Source: Chrysemys picta bellii (lineage: Eukaryota). Taken from it: a DNA stretch of 64,000 nucleotides. Shown in pieces: positions 49,001 through 64,000 of this stretch (its first letter is position 1; each line of letters opens with the position of its first letter). The position numbers and the translations under genes are program-made. The DNA lies in the NCBI RefSeq assembly GCF_011386835.1, contig NC_088794.1, forward strand, positions 1,860,001 through 1,924,000, given 5' to 3'. The notes under the pieces were generated by a model. The model searched no databases and was not told the origin of the DNA. It saw only the letters and a list, made by a program, of their open reading frames with translations.

Positions 49001-52000
49001 GGGCTCAGGGCCGTGGCAGGGGGTTGGGGTGCGGGAGGGGGCTCAGGGCTGGGTGCAGGAGGGGGTTGGGGTGCAGAAGGGGGCTCAGGGCCGCAGAAGG
49101 GGAGTGGGGTACAGGAGGGGGTTGGGGTGCAGAAGGGGACTCAGGGCTGCAGAAGGGGAGTGGGGTACAGGAGGGGGTTGGGGTGCGGGAGGGGGCTCAG
49201 GGCCGCAGAAGGGGAGTGGGGTACAGGAGGGGGTTGGGGTGCAGGAGGGGGCTCAGGGCCGCGGAAGGGGAGTGGGGTACAGGAGGGGGTTGGGGTGCAG
49301 GAGGGGGCTCAGGGCCACGGAAGGGGAGTGGGGTACAGGAGGGGGTTGGGGTGCGGAAGGGGGCTCAGGGCCGCAGAAGGGGAGTGGGGTACAGGAGGGG
49401 GTTGGGGTGCGGGAGGGGGCTCAGGGCCGCAGAAGGGGAGTGGGGTACAGGAGGGGGTTGGGGTGCGGAAGGGGGCTCAGGGCCGCAGAAGGGGAGTGGG
49501 CTACAGGAGGGGGTTGGGGTGCGGGAGGGGGCTCAGGGCTGCGGCAGGGGATTGGGGTGTTAGCTCTGGGAGGGGCTTTGGGTGTGGGAGGGGGCTCAGG
49601 GCTGAGGCGGGGTGCAGGAGGGGGTTGGGGTGCGGGAGGGGGCTCAGGGCCGCAGAAGGGGAGTGGGGTACAGGAGGGGGTTGGGGTGCGGGAGGGGGCT
49701 CAGGGCTGGGTGCAGGAGGGGGTTGGGGTGCAGAAGGGGGCTCAGGGCCGCAGAAGGGGAGTGGGGTACAGGAGGGGGTTGGGGTGCGGGAGGGGGCTCA
49801 GGGCCGCAGAAGGGGAGTGGGGTACAGGAGGGGGTTGGGGTGCAGAAGGGGGCTCAGGGCCGCGGAAGGGGAGTGGGGTACAGGAGGGGGTTGGGGTGTG
49901 GGAGGGGGCTCAGGGCTGGGTGCAGGAGGGGGTTGGGGTGCAGAAGGGGGCTCAGGGCTGCAGAAGGGGAGTGGGGTACAGGAGGGGGTTGGGGTGCGGG
50001 AGGGGGCTCAGGGCCGCGGAAGGGGAGTGGGGTACAGGAGGGGGTTGGGGTGCGGGAGGGGGCTCAGGGCTGCAGCGGGGGTTGGGGTGCTAGCTCTGGG
50101 AGGGGCTTTGGGTGTGGGAGGGGGCTCAGGGCTGGGTGCAGGAGGGGGTTGGGTTGCGGGAGGGGGCACAGGGCCGTGGCAGGGGATTGGGGTACAGGAG
50201 GGGGTTGGGGTGCGGGAGGGGGCTCAGGGCTGGGTGCAGGAGGGGGTTGGGGTGCAGAAGGGGGCTCAGGGCCGTGGCAGGGGGTTGGGGTGCGGGAGGG
50301 GGCTCAGGGCTGGGTGCAGGAGGGGGTTGGGGTGCAGAAGGGGGCTCAGGGCCGCAGAAGGGGAGTGGGGTACAGGAGGGGGTTGGGGTGCAGACGGGGG
50401 CTCAGGGCCGTGGCAGGGGATTGGGGTACAGGAGGGGGTTGGGGTGCGGGAGGGGGCTCAGGGCCGCAGAAGGGGAGTGGGGTACAGGAGGGGGTTGGGG
50501 TGTGGGAGGGGGCTCAGGGCTGGGTGCAGGAAGGGGTTGGGGTGCAGAAGGGGGCTCAGGGCCGCAGAAGGGGAGTGGGGTACAGGAGGGGGTTGGGGTG
50601 CAGAAGGGGGCTCAGGGCCGCGGAAGGGGAGTGGGGTACAGGAGGGGGTTGGGGTGCGGGAGGGGGCTCAGGGCTGCAGCGGGGGTTAGGGTGCTAGCTC
50701 TGGGAGGGGCTTTGGGTGTGGGAGGGGGCTCAGGGCTGGGTGCAGGAGGGGGTTGGGTTGCGGGAGGGGGCACAGGGCCGTGGCAGGGGATTGGGGTACA
50801 GGAGGGGGTTGGGGTGCGGGAGGGGGCTCAGGGCTGGGTGCAGGAGGGGGTTGGGGTGCAGAAGGGGGCTCAGGGCCGTGGCAGGGGGTTGGGGTGCAGA
50901 AGGGGGTTGGGGTGAGGGAGGGGGCTCAGGGCTGGGTGCAGGAGGGGGTTGGGGTGCAGAAGGGGGCTCAGGGCCGCAGAAGGGGAGTGGGGTACAGGAG
51001 GGGGTTGGGGTGCGGGAGGGGTCTCAGGGCTGCAGCGGGGGTTGGGGTGCTAGCTCTGGGAGGGGCTTTGGGTGTGGGAGGGGGCTCAGGGCTGAGGCGG
51101 GGTGCAGGAGGGGGTTGGGGTGCGGGAGGGGGCTCAGGGCCGCAGAAGGGGAGTGGGGTACAGGAGGGGGTTGGGGTGCGGGAGGGGGCTCAGGGCTGGG
51201 TGCAGGAGGGGGTTGGGGTGCGGAAGGGGGCTCAGGGCCGCAGAAGGGGAGTGGGGTACAGGAGGGGGTTGGGGTGCGGGAGGGGGCTCAGGGCTGGGTG
51301 CAGGAGGGGTTTGGGTTGCGGAAGGGGGCTCAGGGCTGCAGAAGGGGAGTGGGGTACAGGAGGGGGTTGGGGTGCAGAAGGGGGCTCAGGGCCGCAGAAG
51401 GGGAGTGGGGTACAGGAGGGGGTTGGGTTGCGGGAGCGGGCTCAGGGTTGTGGCCGGGGATTGGGGTACAGGAGGGGGTTGGGGTGTGGGAGGGGATTGG
51501 GGGCTCAGGGCTGGGTGCAGGAGGGGGTTGGGGTGCAGGAGGGGGCTCAGGGCCGCAGAAGGGGAGTGGGGTACAGGAGGGGGTTGGGGTGCAGAAGGGG
51601 GCTCAGGGTTGTGGCAGGGGATTGGGGGCTCAGGGCTGGGTGCAGGAGGGGGTTGGGGTGTGGGAGGGGGCTCAGGGCCGCAGAAGGGGAGTGGGGTACA
51701 GGAGGGGGCTCAGGGCTGCAGCAGGGGATTGGGGTGCTAGCTCTGGGAGGGGCTTTGGGTGCGGGAGGGGGCTCAGGGCTGCAGCAGGGGATTGGGGTGC
51801 TAGCTCTGGGAGGGGCTTTGGGTGCGGGAGGGGGCTCAGGGCTGAGGCGGGGTGCAGGAGGGGGTTGGGGTGTGGAGGGGGCTCAGGGCTGCGGGCTCTG
51901 GGAGGGGGTTGGGGTGCGGAAGGGGGCTCAGGGGCGCATAAGGGGAGTGGGGTACAGGAGGGGCTTGGGGTGCGGGAGGGGGCTCAGGGCTGCGGCAGCT

Positions 52001-52600
52001 GATTGGGGTGCTAGCTCTGGGAGGGGCTTTGGGTGTGGGAGGGGGCTCAGGCGGGGTGCAGGAGGGGGTTGGGGTGTGGGAGGGGGCTCAGGGCCGTGGA
52101 AGGGGAGTGGGGTACAGGAGGGGGTTGGGGTGTGGGAGGGGGCTTAGGGCTGGGTGCAGGAGGGGGTTGGGGTGCAGAAGGGGGCTCAGGGCCGCAGAAG
52201 GGGAGTGGGGTACAGGAGGGGGTTGGGGTGCGGGAGGGGGCTCAGGGCTGCAGCGGGGGTTGGGGTGCTAGCTCTGGGAGGGGCTTTGGGTGTGGGAGGG
52301 GGCTCAGGGCTGAGGCGGGGTGCAGGAGGGGGTTGGGGTGTGGAGGGGGCTCAGGGCTGCGGGCTCTGGGAGGGTGTTGGGGTGCGGAAGGGGGCTCAGG
52401 GCTGGGTGCAGGAGGGGGTTGGGGTGCGGAAGGGGGCTCAGGGCCGCAGAAGGGGAGTGGGGTACAGGAAGGGGTTGGGGTGCAGAAGGGGGCTCAGGGC
52501 CGCAGAAGGGGAGTGGGGTACAGGAGGGGGTTGGGGTGCGGGAGGGGTCTCAGGGCTGCAGCGGGGGTTGGGGTGCTAGCTCTGGGAGGGAGTTTGGGCG
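43005..52600. repeat. 9.6-kb G-rich satellite, 56-bp main unit plus shorter variant units
   Basis: GGGGGCTCAGGGCCGCAGAAGGGGAGTGGGGTACAGGAGGGGGTTGGGGTGCGGGA has a 56-bp period (GAGTGGGGTAC at 44042 and 44098), interspersed with GGGCTGGGTGCAGG and GTGCTAGCTCTGGGAGGGGCTTTGGG variants. Confidence 0.98.
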
Positions 52601-52998
52601 TGGTGGGGATGCAGGATGGGTTCGGGGTGCTGGCTCCGGCTGGGTGGCGCTTACCTCAGGCGGCTCCCAGCCAGCGAGCTAAGCCAGGCTCCCTCCCTGC
52701 CCTGGCTCCGCGCCACTCCCGGAATTGGCCGCCATTTCCGGCCCCTTGGCAGATGGGCCAGGGGGTCTCCATGTGCAGCCCCCGCCCACAGGCACCGGCC
52801 CTGCAGCTCCCATTGGTCACGGTTCTCAGTCGCAGAGACCCCTGGCCTCCCCAGGGGCTGCAGGGATATGCTGGGAGCCACGGGGGGGGCCTGTGTTAGC
52901 CCCACTGCGCCGCCCACCAGACTTTTACTGGCCTGGAGCCACCAGGGCCCCTTTTCTATTTGGCATTTCGGTCAAAAACCGGACCCCTGGCAACCCTA
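52600..52998. mobile_element. Probable non-autonomous hAT-type DNA transposon end
   Basis: Unique sequence ending in ...AAAAACCGGACCCCTGGCAACCCTA, resembling the TAGGGTTGCCA terminal repeat of reptile hAT elements. No matching left end seen. Confidence 0.55.
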
Positions 52999-53040
52999 GG
53001 CTCAGGGGGTGTGTGGGTTTGGCCTGGGGCCCGGCCGCGG

Positions 53041-53073
<33 letters not shown>

Positions 53074-53342
53074 CGCTGCAGGGCCTGCTCCCAGCACAGT
53101 GGGTGTGGGAAAGCCATGGGGGGCTCAGCCCCAGCTCTATGTGCAGGGGTGGGGGCCCAGGGCCCACCCGCGCTCCTCACCTCAGTGCCTCCATAATTAG
53201 TTTGTTGAGCTGGGGGCGCATCTGCGACCCCTCCCCAGCAGTGGCTCCCCCCACAGCCATCTCCAGCCGGGGTGTTGGGGCGTCCCACCCCCTTCCCCCC
53301 ATGGAAGCTCACAGCCAGGGGCTCTGTTTAAATAGTTTTCTC

Positions 53343-53348
53343 TTTATT
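53343..53348 (-). terminator. ALDOA polyadenylation signal
   Basis: TTTATT about 290 bp past the stop codon. Confidence 0.75.
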
Positions 53349-53634
53349 GTAGGATCTGGGGGGATGGGTCATCCCTCCCCCACCTCTGAGGGTGGGGGGC
53401 CAGCAGCTCGTTCATGGGATGCACGCCTGGAGTGTCATCTGTCACCAGAAGGGGGGAGCGGAAGCGGAGAGACACAGCCACGACAGCAGGGGAAGGGGGG
53501 CCCGGACTCCTGGGTTCTTCAAGGGAGCTCAGCTTTTCTGCAGGCCAGGAGCCGGCCACACTAGACTCCACAGGATGGGTGCAGGCAGCGGGGGGTGGGG
53601 GGGCAGATGGGTGTGGGGGGGCGGGACCCCACAT

Positions 53635-57350
<3,716 letters not shown>

Positions 57351-58049
57351 TTAACCCCGCCCAGACAGACGGACGTGCGGGCCCGGGGCTCCCCACATGG
57401 CAGCCCTGCCACGCTGGGGGAGAAATGGGACTCAGGCGACCGGGTAGGGCTCCCCCATGCTCCGAGCCCCTGGCGGGGCGGAAGCCGGGGAGGGACCCAG
57501 GCCCTGCAGAGCTCCCAGGCTCCGGGGAGCAGTGGGGGGAAGTGGGACCCAGGCGCCCCGGGAGGGTCCCCCCAGGACCGGGGAGGGGGCCCGAGGCACT
57601 GCTGGCCCCTAGGGGGCGCCCCCGCTCGCATTCCAGAGATGCCACAAACAACCTTGCGGCTCTGACCTTGAGGGGGGGGGAGGGGCATCGCCCGGACCCC
57701 AGAACCCTGTGGCAGGGGGGGCGGGACGACGACTGAGGTCAAGGTCACTTCGAACGCAGGGGCAGCGATGGGGAACCCCGCGGGGTGTCGGGGTCCAGAC
57801 CCCCCCTTTCCAGCTCACCCAGAGGGACGCAGGATGGAAATGAGGGGGTGCAGCTGGCTCTGGGGGGAGGCGCTTCAGGCCCTGGGGCGAGCGGGGGCAG
57901 GGGGTTGTTCCGCTTGGGAGACCAGGGTCCCCTCCTTCATCCACGTGGGGGGGTCAGCCGCCCAACGGAGAATCCCCCCACCCTACCCCGATACCTGCCC
58001 CACCCCGGCCCCCCCGGGCGGCTGCCCACCCCGGCCCAGCCACGCTCAC

Positions 58050-58175
58050 CTCTCGCGGTGCAGGCAGGGTGTGACTGGGGGGCGGCTCCGAACGCTCACA
58101 GTCTCCGCGTTCCGAAATGGAACGTCATAGACTCGCGGGCGGAAAAGGGAAGGGGCGGGGCCAAGAGTTTAAAGG
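58050..58175 (-). promoter_or_regulatory. Putative ALDOA proximal non-coding exon and promoter
   Basis: Minus-strand donor AG|GTGAGC at 58050/58049, GGGGCGGGG box at about 58152, TTTAAA at about 58168; next acceptor at 57323. Confidence 0.55.
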
Positions 58176-58599
58176 GCCACAGCCTCCTAAATACGGGTGC
58201 GGGGGTTAGGAGAGACGCTCGGCTCCCCTAAACGAGCCGCCCTTCCCTCCTGTCCCTTCCCCCTCCCCCCCCATCTCCCCTTCCCCAAGCATCCGCTCTG
58301 CCCCTCCCCCACCTGAAATCCCCATTGACTCACACCGGGCGGGGTGTGTGTGTGTGTCTGGGGAAATTTCCCCCACGGAAAAATGCTGATTCACCCCCGC
58401 ACCCATCCTGCCCCGCCCGGGGAAAGGGGGAACACCGAGGGGGGCGGGGGGGAGGATGCAGTGCATTCTGGGCGGGGGGCAGGGCCTAGGGGGGAACAGT
58501 GGATTTGTGGGGAGCTGGAGAGGCTAAAGGGGGCGGGAGACTGAGGCAGATTTGTGGGTGTGGAAGCTAAAGCACAGTCCCTGCAGCGGCTAAAACCAG

Positions 58600-59680
58600 C
58601 CCCCCGCCTAAATCCCTACTCCCAGTGCCCCCAATTCCCTCCCTCCCATGGTCACCCCCAGCCACTCCCCCAAATCCCCCCTAAATCCCCCCTCCCGATG
58701 CCCCCAACTCCCTCCCACGGTCACCCCCAGCCACTCCCTCCTAAATCCCCCCTCCAATGCCCCCAACTCCCTCCCTCCATCACCCCCAGCCACCCCCCAA
58801 TCCCCCCCTAAATCCCTATTCCCCAATGCCCCCAACCTCCCTCCCACGGTCACCCCCAGCCACTCCCCCCTAAATCCCCCCTCCCAATGCCCCCAACTCC
58901 CTCCCTCCATCACCCCCAGCCACCCCCCAAGTCCCCCCTAAATCCCCACTCCCAATGCCTCCAACTCACTCACTCCCATGGTCACCCCAGACACTCCCCC
59001 AAAAACCCCCCTAAATCCCCACTCCCAATGCCCCCAACTCCCTCCCTGCCACGGTCACCCCCAGCCACTCCCCCAAATCCCCCCTAAATCCCCCCTCCCG
59101 ATGCCCCCAACTCCCTCCCACGGTCACCCCAGCCACTCCCCCCTAAATCCCCCCCTCCCAATGCCCCCAACTCCCTCCCTCCATCACCCCCAGCCACCCC
59201 CCAAGTCCCCCCTAAATCCCTATTCCCAATGCCCCCAACTCCCTCCCACGGTCACCCTCAGCCACTCCGCCAAATCCCCCCTAAATCCCCACTCCCAATG
59301 CTCCAACTCCCTCCTTCCCACGGTAACCCCCAGCCACTCTCCCCAAATCCCCCACTCTCAATGCCCCAACTCCCTCCCTCCATCACCCCCAGCCACCCCC
59401 CAAATCCCCACTCCCAATGCCTCCAACTCACTCACTCCCATGGTCACCCCCAGACACTCCCCCAAAACCCCCTAAATCCCCACTCCCAATGCCCCCAACT
59501 CCCTCCCTGCCACGGTCACCCCCAGCCACTCTCCCCAAATCCCCACTCTCAATGCCCCCAACTCCCCTCCCTCCCATGGTCACCCCCAGACACTCCCCCA
59601 AATCCCCCCTAAATCCCCTCTCCCAATGCCCCCAACTCCCTCCCTCCATCACCCCCAGCCACTCCCCCAAATCCCCACTC
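58600..59680. repeat. C-rich minisatellite upstream of the ALDOA proximal promoter
   Basis: CCCAATGCCCCCAACTCCCTCCC...GGTCACCCCCAGCCACTCCCC...CTAAATCCCC units. Confidence 0.9.
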
Positions 59681-60429
59681 AAAATCTCTGCCCCAGCTGG
59701 GGTGTGGGGTATTCTGCACCCCCACTCGGTCTGGGGGTTACACAGGAGGCTGTGAGGGGGGTGGATCACTGGATCCCCCCTCCCTGCCACACACACCCCA
59801 CCTCTACCCCCCCCCCCATTTCTGCTTTCAGCTCTGACCTTTCTCCAGACACCAGATCTCCTCCTGCCCCTCCCCCACTGGCTCATGTGTCCCCTCTGAA
59901 GGGCAGGGAGCTATTTTTGGGTCCCCCTGATGGGGGGGTAGTTAACCCTCCTGGTGCCAGGGTGCCGCCTGGCTGTGGGGTCAGTAGTACCCCCCTGCCC
60001 CTGGAAGGACGAGCTGGGACCTGCCTGAGGCTTGAAACCCCAGGGCCGGGGGCTCCCCGTGCCCAGCTCGGGGCTTGTGCACAGAGCAGCCGGTGTCCAG
60101 CTCCATGGCAAAGCGGCAGCCCCCTTGTGCGAAGCTCCCCTGGGTGCGGGGAGCACCAGCGAGGGGGACCCCTGGGCTGCTCCCCCAGGAACCCACAACT
60201 GCAGCTGCAGGCCGGGGTGGGGGGGAGACAGGCCCTGAGTGGCTGGGGCACAAAGGAGACAGTGGGATGAGGACAGCACATGAATGTGAGTGCGTGTGTG
60301 TGTGTGTGTGTGGGGGGGTCAGCCCAGGCCTGGGGGTGGGGGCTCCTGGGCCAAGGCTGAGACTGGGGGGCGGGTATCAGGTGGCATCTGAGGAGTGGAG
60401 AGCGAGGCTGGAGAAATGACAGATGATCC

Positions 60430-61560
60430 GACCTCAACCCCGACTGCAGCCCCTGCTAGGTCAGCCTTGGGTCCCCCCTAACCTAGCTCTGAGGGGGCCC
60501 TCACTCCCGACCCGCAGCCCCTGCTAGCCTGGCTCTGCCCCCCCCAGCTCTGCCAGTGCCCCTCACTCCCGACCCGCAGCCCCTGCTAGCCTGGCTCTGC
60601 CCCCCCCAGCTCTGCCAGTGCCCCTCACTCCCAACCCGCAGCCCCTGCTAGCCCAGCCCTGCCCCCCCCCAGCTCTGCCGGTGCCCCTCACTCCCGACCC
60701 GCAGCCCCCTGCTAGGTCAGCCTTGGGTCCCCCCTAACCCAGCTCTGAGGGGGTCCTCACTCCCAACCCGCAGCCCCCTGCTAACCTGGCTCTGCCCCCC
60801 CCCCAGCTTTGCAGGTGCCCCTCACTCCCGACCCGCAGCCCCCTGCTAGGCCAGCCCTGCCCCCCCCCCAGCTCTGCTGGTGCCCCTCACTCCCGACCCG
60901 CAGCCCCTGCTAGCCCAGCCCTGCCCCCCCCAGCTCTGCCGGTGACCCTCACTCCCGACCCGCACCCCCCTGCTAGCCCAGCCCTGCCCCCCCCAGCTCT
61001 GCAGGTGCCCCTCACTCCCGACCCGCAGCCCCCTGCTAGCCCAGCCCTACCCCCCCACCAGCTCTGCCGGTGCCCCTCACTCCTGACCCGCAGCCCCTGC
61101 TAGCCCAGCCCTGCCCCCCCCCAGCTCTCCCCCTGCTAGCCCAGCCCTGCCCCCCCCAGCTCTGCCGGTGACCCTCACTCCCGACCCGCAGCCCCCTGCT
61201 AGCCCAGCCCTACCCCCCCACCAGCTCTGCCGGTGCCCCTCACTCCTGACCCGCAGCCCCTGCTAGCCCAGCCCTGCCCCCCCCAGCTCTCCCCCTGCTA
61301 GCCCAGCCCTGCCCCCCCCAGCTCTGCCGGTGCCCCTCACTCCCGACCCGCAGCCCCTGCTAGCCCAGCCCTGCCCCCCCCAGCTCTGCCGGTGCCCCTC
61401 ACTCCCGACCCGCAGCCCCTGCTAGCCCAGCCCTGCCCCCCCCAGCTCTGCCGGTGCCCCTCACTCCCGACCCGCAGCCCCTGCCAGCCCAGCCCTGTCC
61501 CCCCCACAGCTCTGCCGGTGCCCCTCACTCCGGACCCACAGCCCCTGCCAGCCCAGCCAG
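60430..61560 (+). repeat. 61-bp family minisatellite
   Basis: Same unit as 13540-14370, about 18 copies. Confidence 0.95.
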
Positions 61561-61662
61561 GGGTGGGGGTGGAGATTTCTCGGTTTCTGGTGATTATGGT
61601 GGAACTACTCAGTCATCATGGGTGGGGGCGGAGGAGATCTTGTGCCACTCAGCACGTACCGG

Positions 61663-61765
61663 TAGGGTGACCAGATGTCCCGATTTTTGGGGCTTTTTCT
61701 TATATAGGCGCCTATTACCCCCCACCCCCGTCCCAATTTTTCTCATTTGCTGTCTGGTCACCCCA
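61663..61765. mobile_element. 103-bp hAT-type MITE with 8-bp TSD
   Basis: TAGGGTGACCAGA...TCTGGTCACCCCA termini (1 mismatch); CGTACCGG at 61655-61662 and 61766-61773. Confidence 0.88.
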
Positions 61766-62139
61766 CGTACCGGTAGGGAAGGGCGGGGGGGGGGGGCCTG
61801 GGTGTTCAACCTGGGCCTCCCAAATCCCTTCCCCATCATCATGGCGAGTCGCCCCCCCAGCACAGCTCAGGGTGCAGCCTGCAGCTAGGGGTCGCTTGGG
61901 GACCTGATCCCTGGGAGCCCCTCCCCCCCCGCACCTGATCCCCCTGAGAGTCCGTCCCGCCCCCCCCCCACATTCCACCCAGGGCGCAGCTGCCGCCTTA
62001 GAAATGTCATTCCCCCCCTGCCACCGTCCCCCCAGCCCAAGTCCCTCCCCCTCCCCCTCTTCCCTCCCCCCCCGTGCTGCTCTGCCCCGTCCCCCCACCG
62101 CCCAGCCTCCCTACTGCTTCCACCTCCTCACCCCAACCC

Positions 62140-63150
62140 TCCAGTCCCCAATAACCCCCCAATGCCCAATAACCCCCCAACCCACCCCAGACACCCCCAG
62201 TGCCCAATAACCCCCCAGCCCACCCCAGACACCCCCAGTCCCCAGAAACCCCCCCACTGCCCAATAACCCCCCAACAGACCCCAGACACCCCCAGTCCCC
62301 AGAAACCCCCCACTGCCCAATAACCCCCCAACCCACCCCAGACACCTCCAGTGCCCAGAAACCCCCCAGTGCCCAATAACCCCCCAACCCACCCCAGACA
62401 CCCCCAGTGCCCAGAAACCCCCCAGTGCCCAATAACCCCCCAACAGACCCCAGACACCCCCAGTGCCCAATAACCCCCCAGCCCACCCCAGACACCCCCA
62501 GTGCCCAGAACCCCCCCACTGCCCAGTAACCCCCCAACAGACCCCAGACACCCCCAGTGCCCAATAACCCCCCAGCCCACCCCAGACACCCCCAGTCCCC
62601 AGAAACCCCCCAGTGCCCAATAACCCCCCAACCCACCCGACACCCCCAGTGCCCAATAACCCCCCAGCCCACCCCAGACACCCCCAGTCCCCAGAAACCC
62701 CCCACTGCCCAATAACCCCCCAACAGACCCCAGACACCCCCAGTGCCCAATAACCCCCCAGCCCACCCCAGTCCCCAGAAATCCCCCACTGCCCAATAAC
62801 CCCCCAGCCCACCACAGACACCCCCAGTCCCCAATAACCCTCCAGACACCCCCCAGTGCCCAATAACTCCCCAGTCCCCAATACCCCCAGCCCACCCAAG
62901 AGTCTCCAATAACCCCCGACACCCCCCAGTTCCCAATAACCCCCAGCCTACCCCAACCAGACCTCCCATCTCCAATAACCCCCAACCCACCCGACACCCC
63001 CAATCCAGTTCCCAATAACGCCCCAGCCCTTCCCAGACACCCTCCCAGTCCCCAATACCCCCAGCCCACCCAAGAGTCCCCAATAACCCCCCAGACACCC
63101 CCAAGTTCCCAATAACCCCCCAGCCTCCCAACCAGCCCCCCCCCCCCCGA
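62140..63150. repeat. C/A-rich minisatellite
   Basis: CCCAGACACCCCCAGTGCCCAATAACCCCCCA units. Confidence 0.9.
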
Positions 63151-63167
63151 CAGCCCCATGCTCTCAC

Positions 63168-63335
63168 CGGAAGCGGGAGTCTGGCGCGGGTCTCTGGTGG
63201 CACACGGCAGCTCCGGGCAGCGCTGGGTGACTGGGGTACCAAGGGGCCGTAGGGCTATAACGGGCTGGGGGGCGGGACGGGTGGGATAACCTTTTCCCTG
63301 ACCCCTGGCCTTTTGCTGGGGCGGCTAAAAATACC
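63168..63335 (-). promoter_or_regulatory. Candidate distal (muscle-type) ALDOA first exon and promoter
   Basis: Minus-strand donor CCG|GTGAGA at 63168/63167, TTATAG TATA-like element (63255-63260), MEF2-like CTAAAAATAC (63325-63334). Confidence 0.4.
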
Positions 63336-64000
63336 CCAGCCCGGGAATGTGAAACGCCCAGGCACTCGTAGTAGGGCAAAACGCTGAGTCATGGGGTGGG
63401 GGGCCCAGCAGCCAGCACCCCCACCTCTTGCAGCCCCCCAGACACTCCCACTTCCCCCGCCAACACTGGTCCCCCAGACCCTGAACCCCTCAAAGCCCCC
63501 TGCAGCCCCCCAATGTCTGAGTCCTCTGTGTACCCCCCAAACCCAGACCCCCCCTTCTCCTCCTTTCCCTCCTTTGGGGAGGCCTCTGGACCTTGTCTTT
63601 GCCCCCCCAATCTACAGCTCCTGGTGCCCCTGGCTGGCCCCAGGGCTGGTCCACACCCCCCTCAGCGCTGGCTCCTGGGAAACAGATGGGTGGTTGGGGT
63701 GTCCCCCCCCAATAAAGGCAGGAGCCGCCTGGCGGGGGCCTGGGACCCTGGAAATGTGGATTCAAAGTCCAGTGATGGGGGGATGAGAAGGGGGAGGGGG
63801 AGCCGGTGGGGCTGGGAGTGAAATCCCCCCCTCCTCTCCATGTCCCCCCAACCCCCACTCAGCCCCCTCCTCTCTTCCCTCCTACTGACCTCCGTCCCCT
63901 CCCCATGGTTGGGGGTCAGAACTTGGGGTCACCCCCAGCACAAATGAGCCCCAGGGCAGGCCCCATCTGGGTCTCCATGGATACCTTCTAGACCCCAGAT

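Noticed and set aside
43230-52899. Very long Gly-rich ORFs (up to 1198 aa) in the G-rich satellite
   Set aside because: The 56-bp unit lacks stops in all three plus-strand frames, giving a 56-aa period over three units. Starts are GTG/TTG within repeats, with no splice or domain evidence.
53043-53071. (TG)n microsatellites here and at about 58344 and 60294, and (TC)n at about 8311
   Set aside because: Ordinary short microsatellites with nothing to suggest function.
58600-59680. CCCTAAA (plant-telomere-like) heptamers
   Set aside because: One copy per longer minisatellite unit, never tandem, and not TTAGGG; not an interstitial telomere.

Overview
GC-rich vertebrate genomic DNA, most likely a turtle microchromosome (inferred from the CR1, Penelope and hAT repeat types). 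It is syntenic with human 16p11.2. Plus strand: terminal exon of an upstream gene, then GDPD3, YPEL3, TBX6. Minus strand: PPP4C and ALDOA. All coding exons of the five genes could be delimited with GT-AG boundaries: GDPD3 321 aa, YPEL3 119 aa, TBX6 482 aa, PPP4C 307 aa, ALDOA about 364 aa after correcting indels. Most ORFs in the supplied track are artefacts of GC-rich tandem repeats, which fill roughly half the window and include a 9.6-kb G-rich satellite. Main points: (1) a 6-7 kb YPEL3 3' / TBX6 5' segment occurs twice around a 500-N gap, with a different single frameshift in each copy, probably two haplotypes assembled in tandem; (2) a young Penelope-like insertion forms a 222-bp near-perfect inverted repeat with an 11-bp TSD and carries a minimal hammerhead-ribozyme motif in each arm; (3) ALDOA has several homopolymer-type frameshifts, probably sequencing errors; (4) tRNA-SINE heads and a 61-bp motif have been amplified into many arrays, including in UTRs; (5) there are candidate regulatory clusters at TBX6, PPP4C and ALDOA. 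I found no evidence for a wholly new protein-coding system. No database search or folding computation was run.
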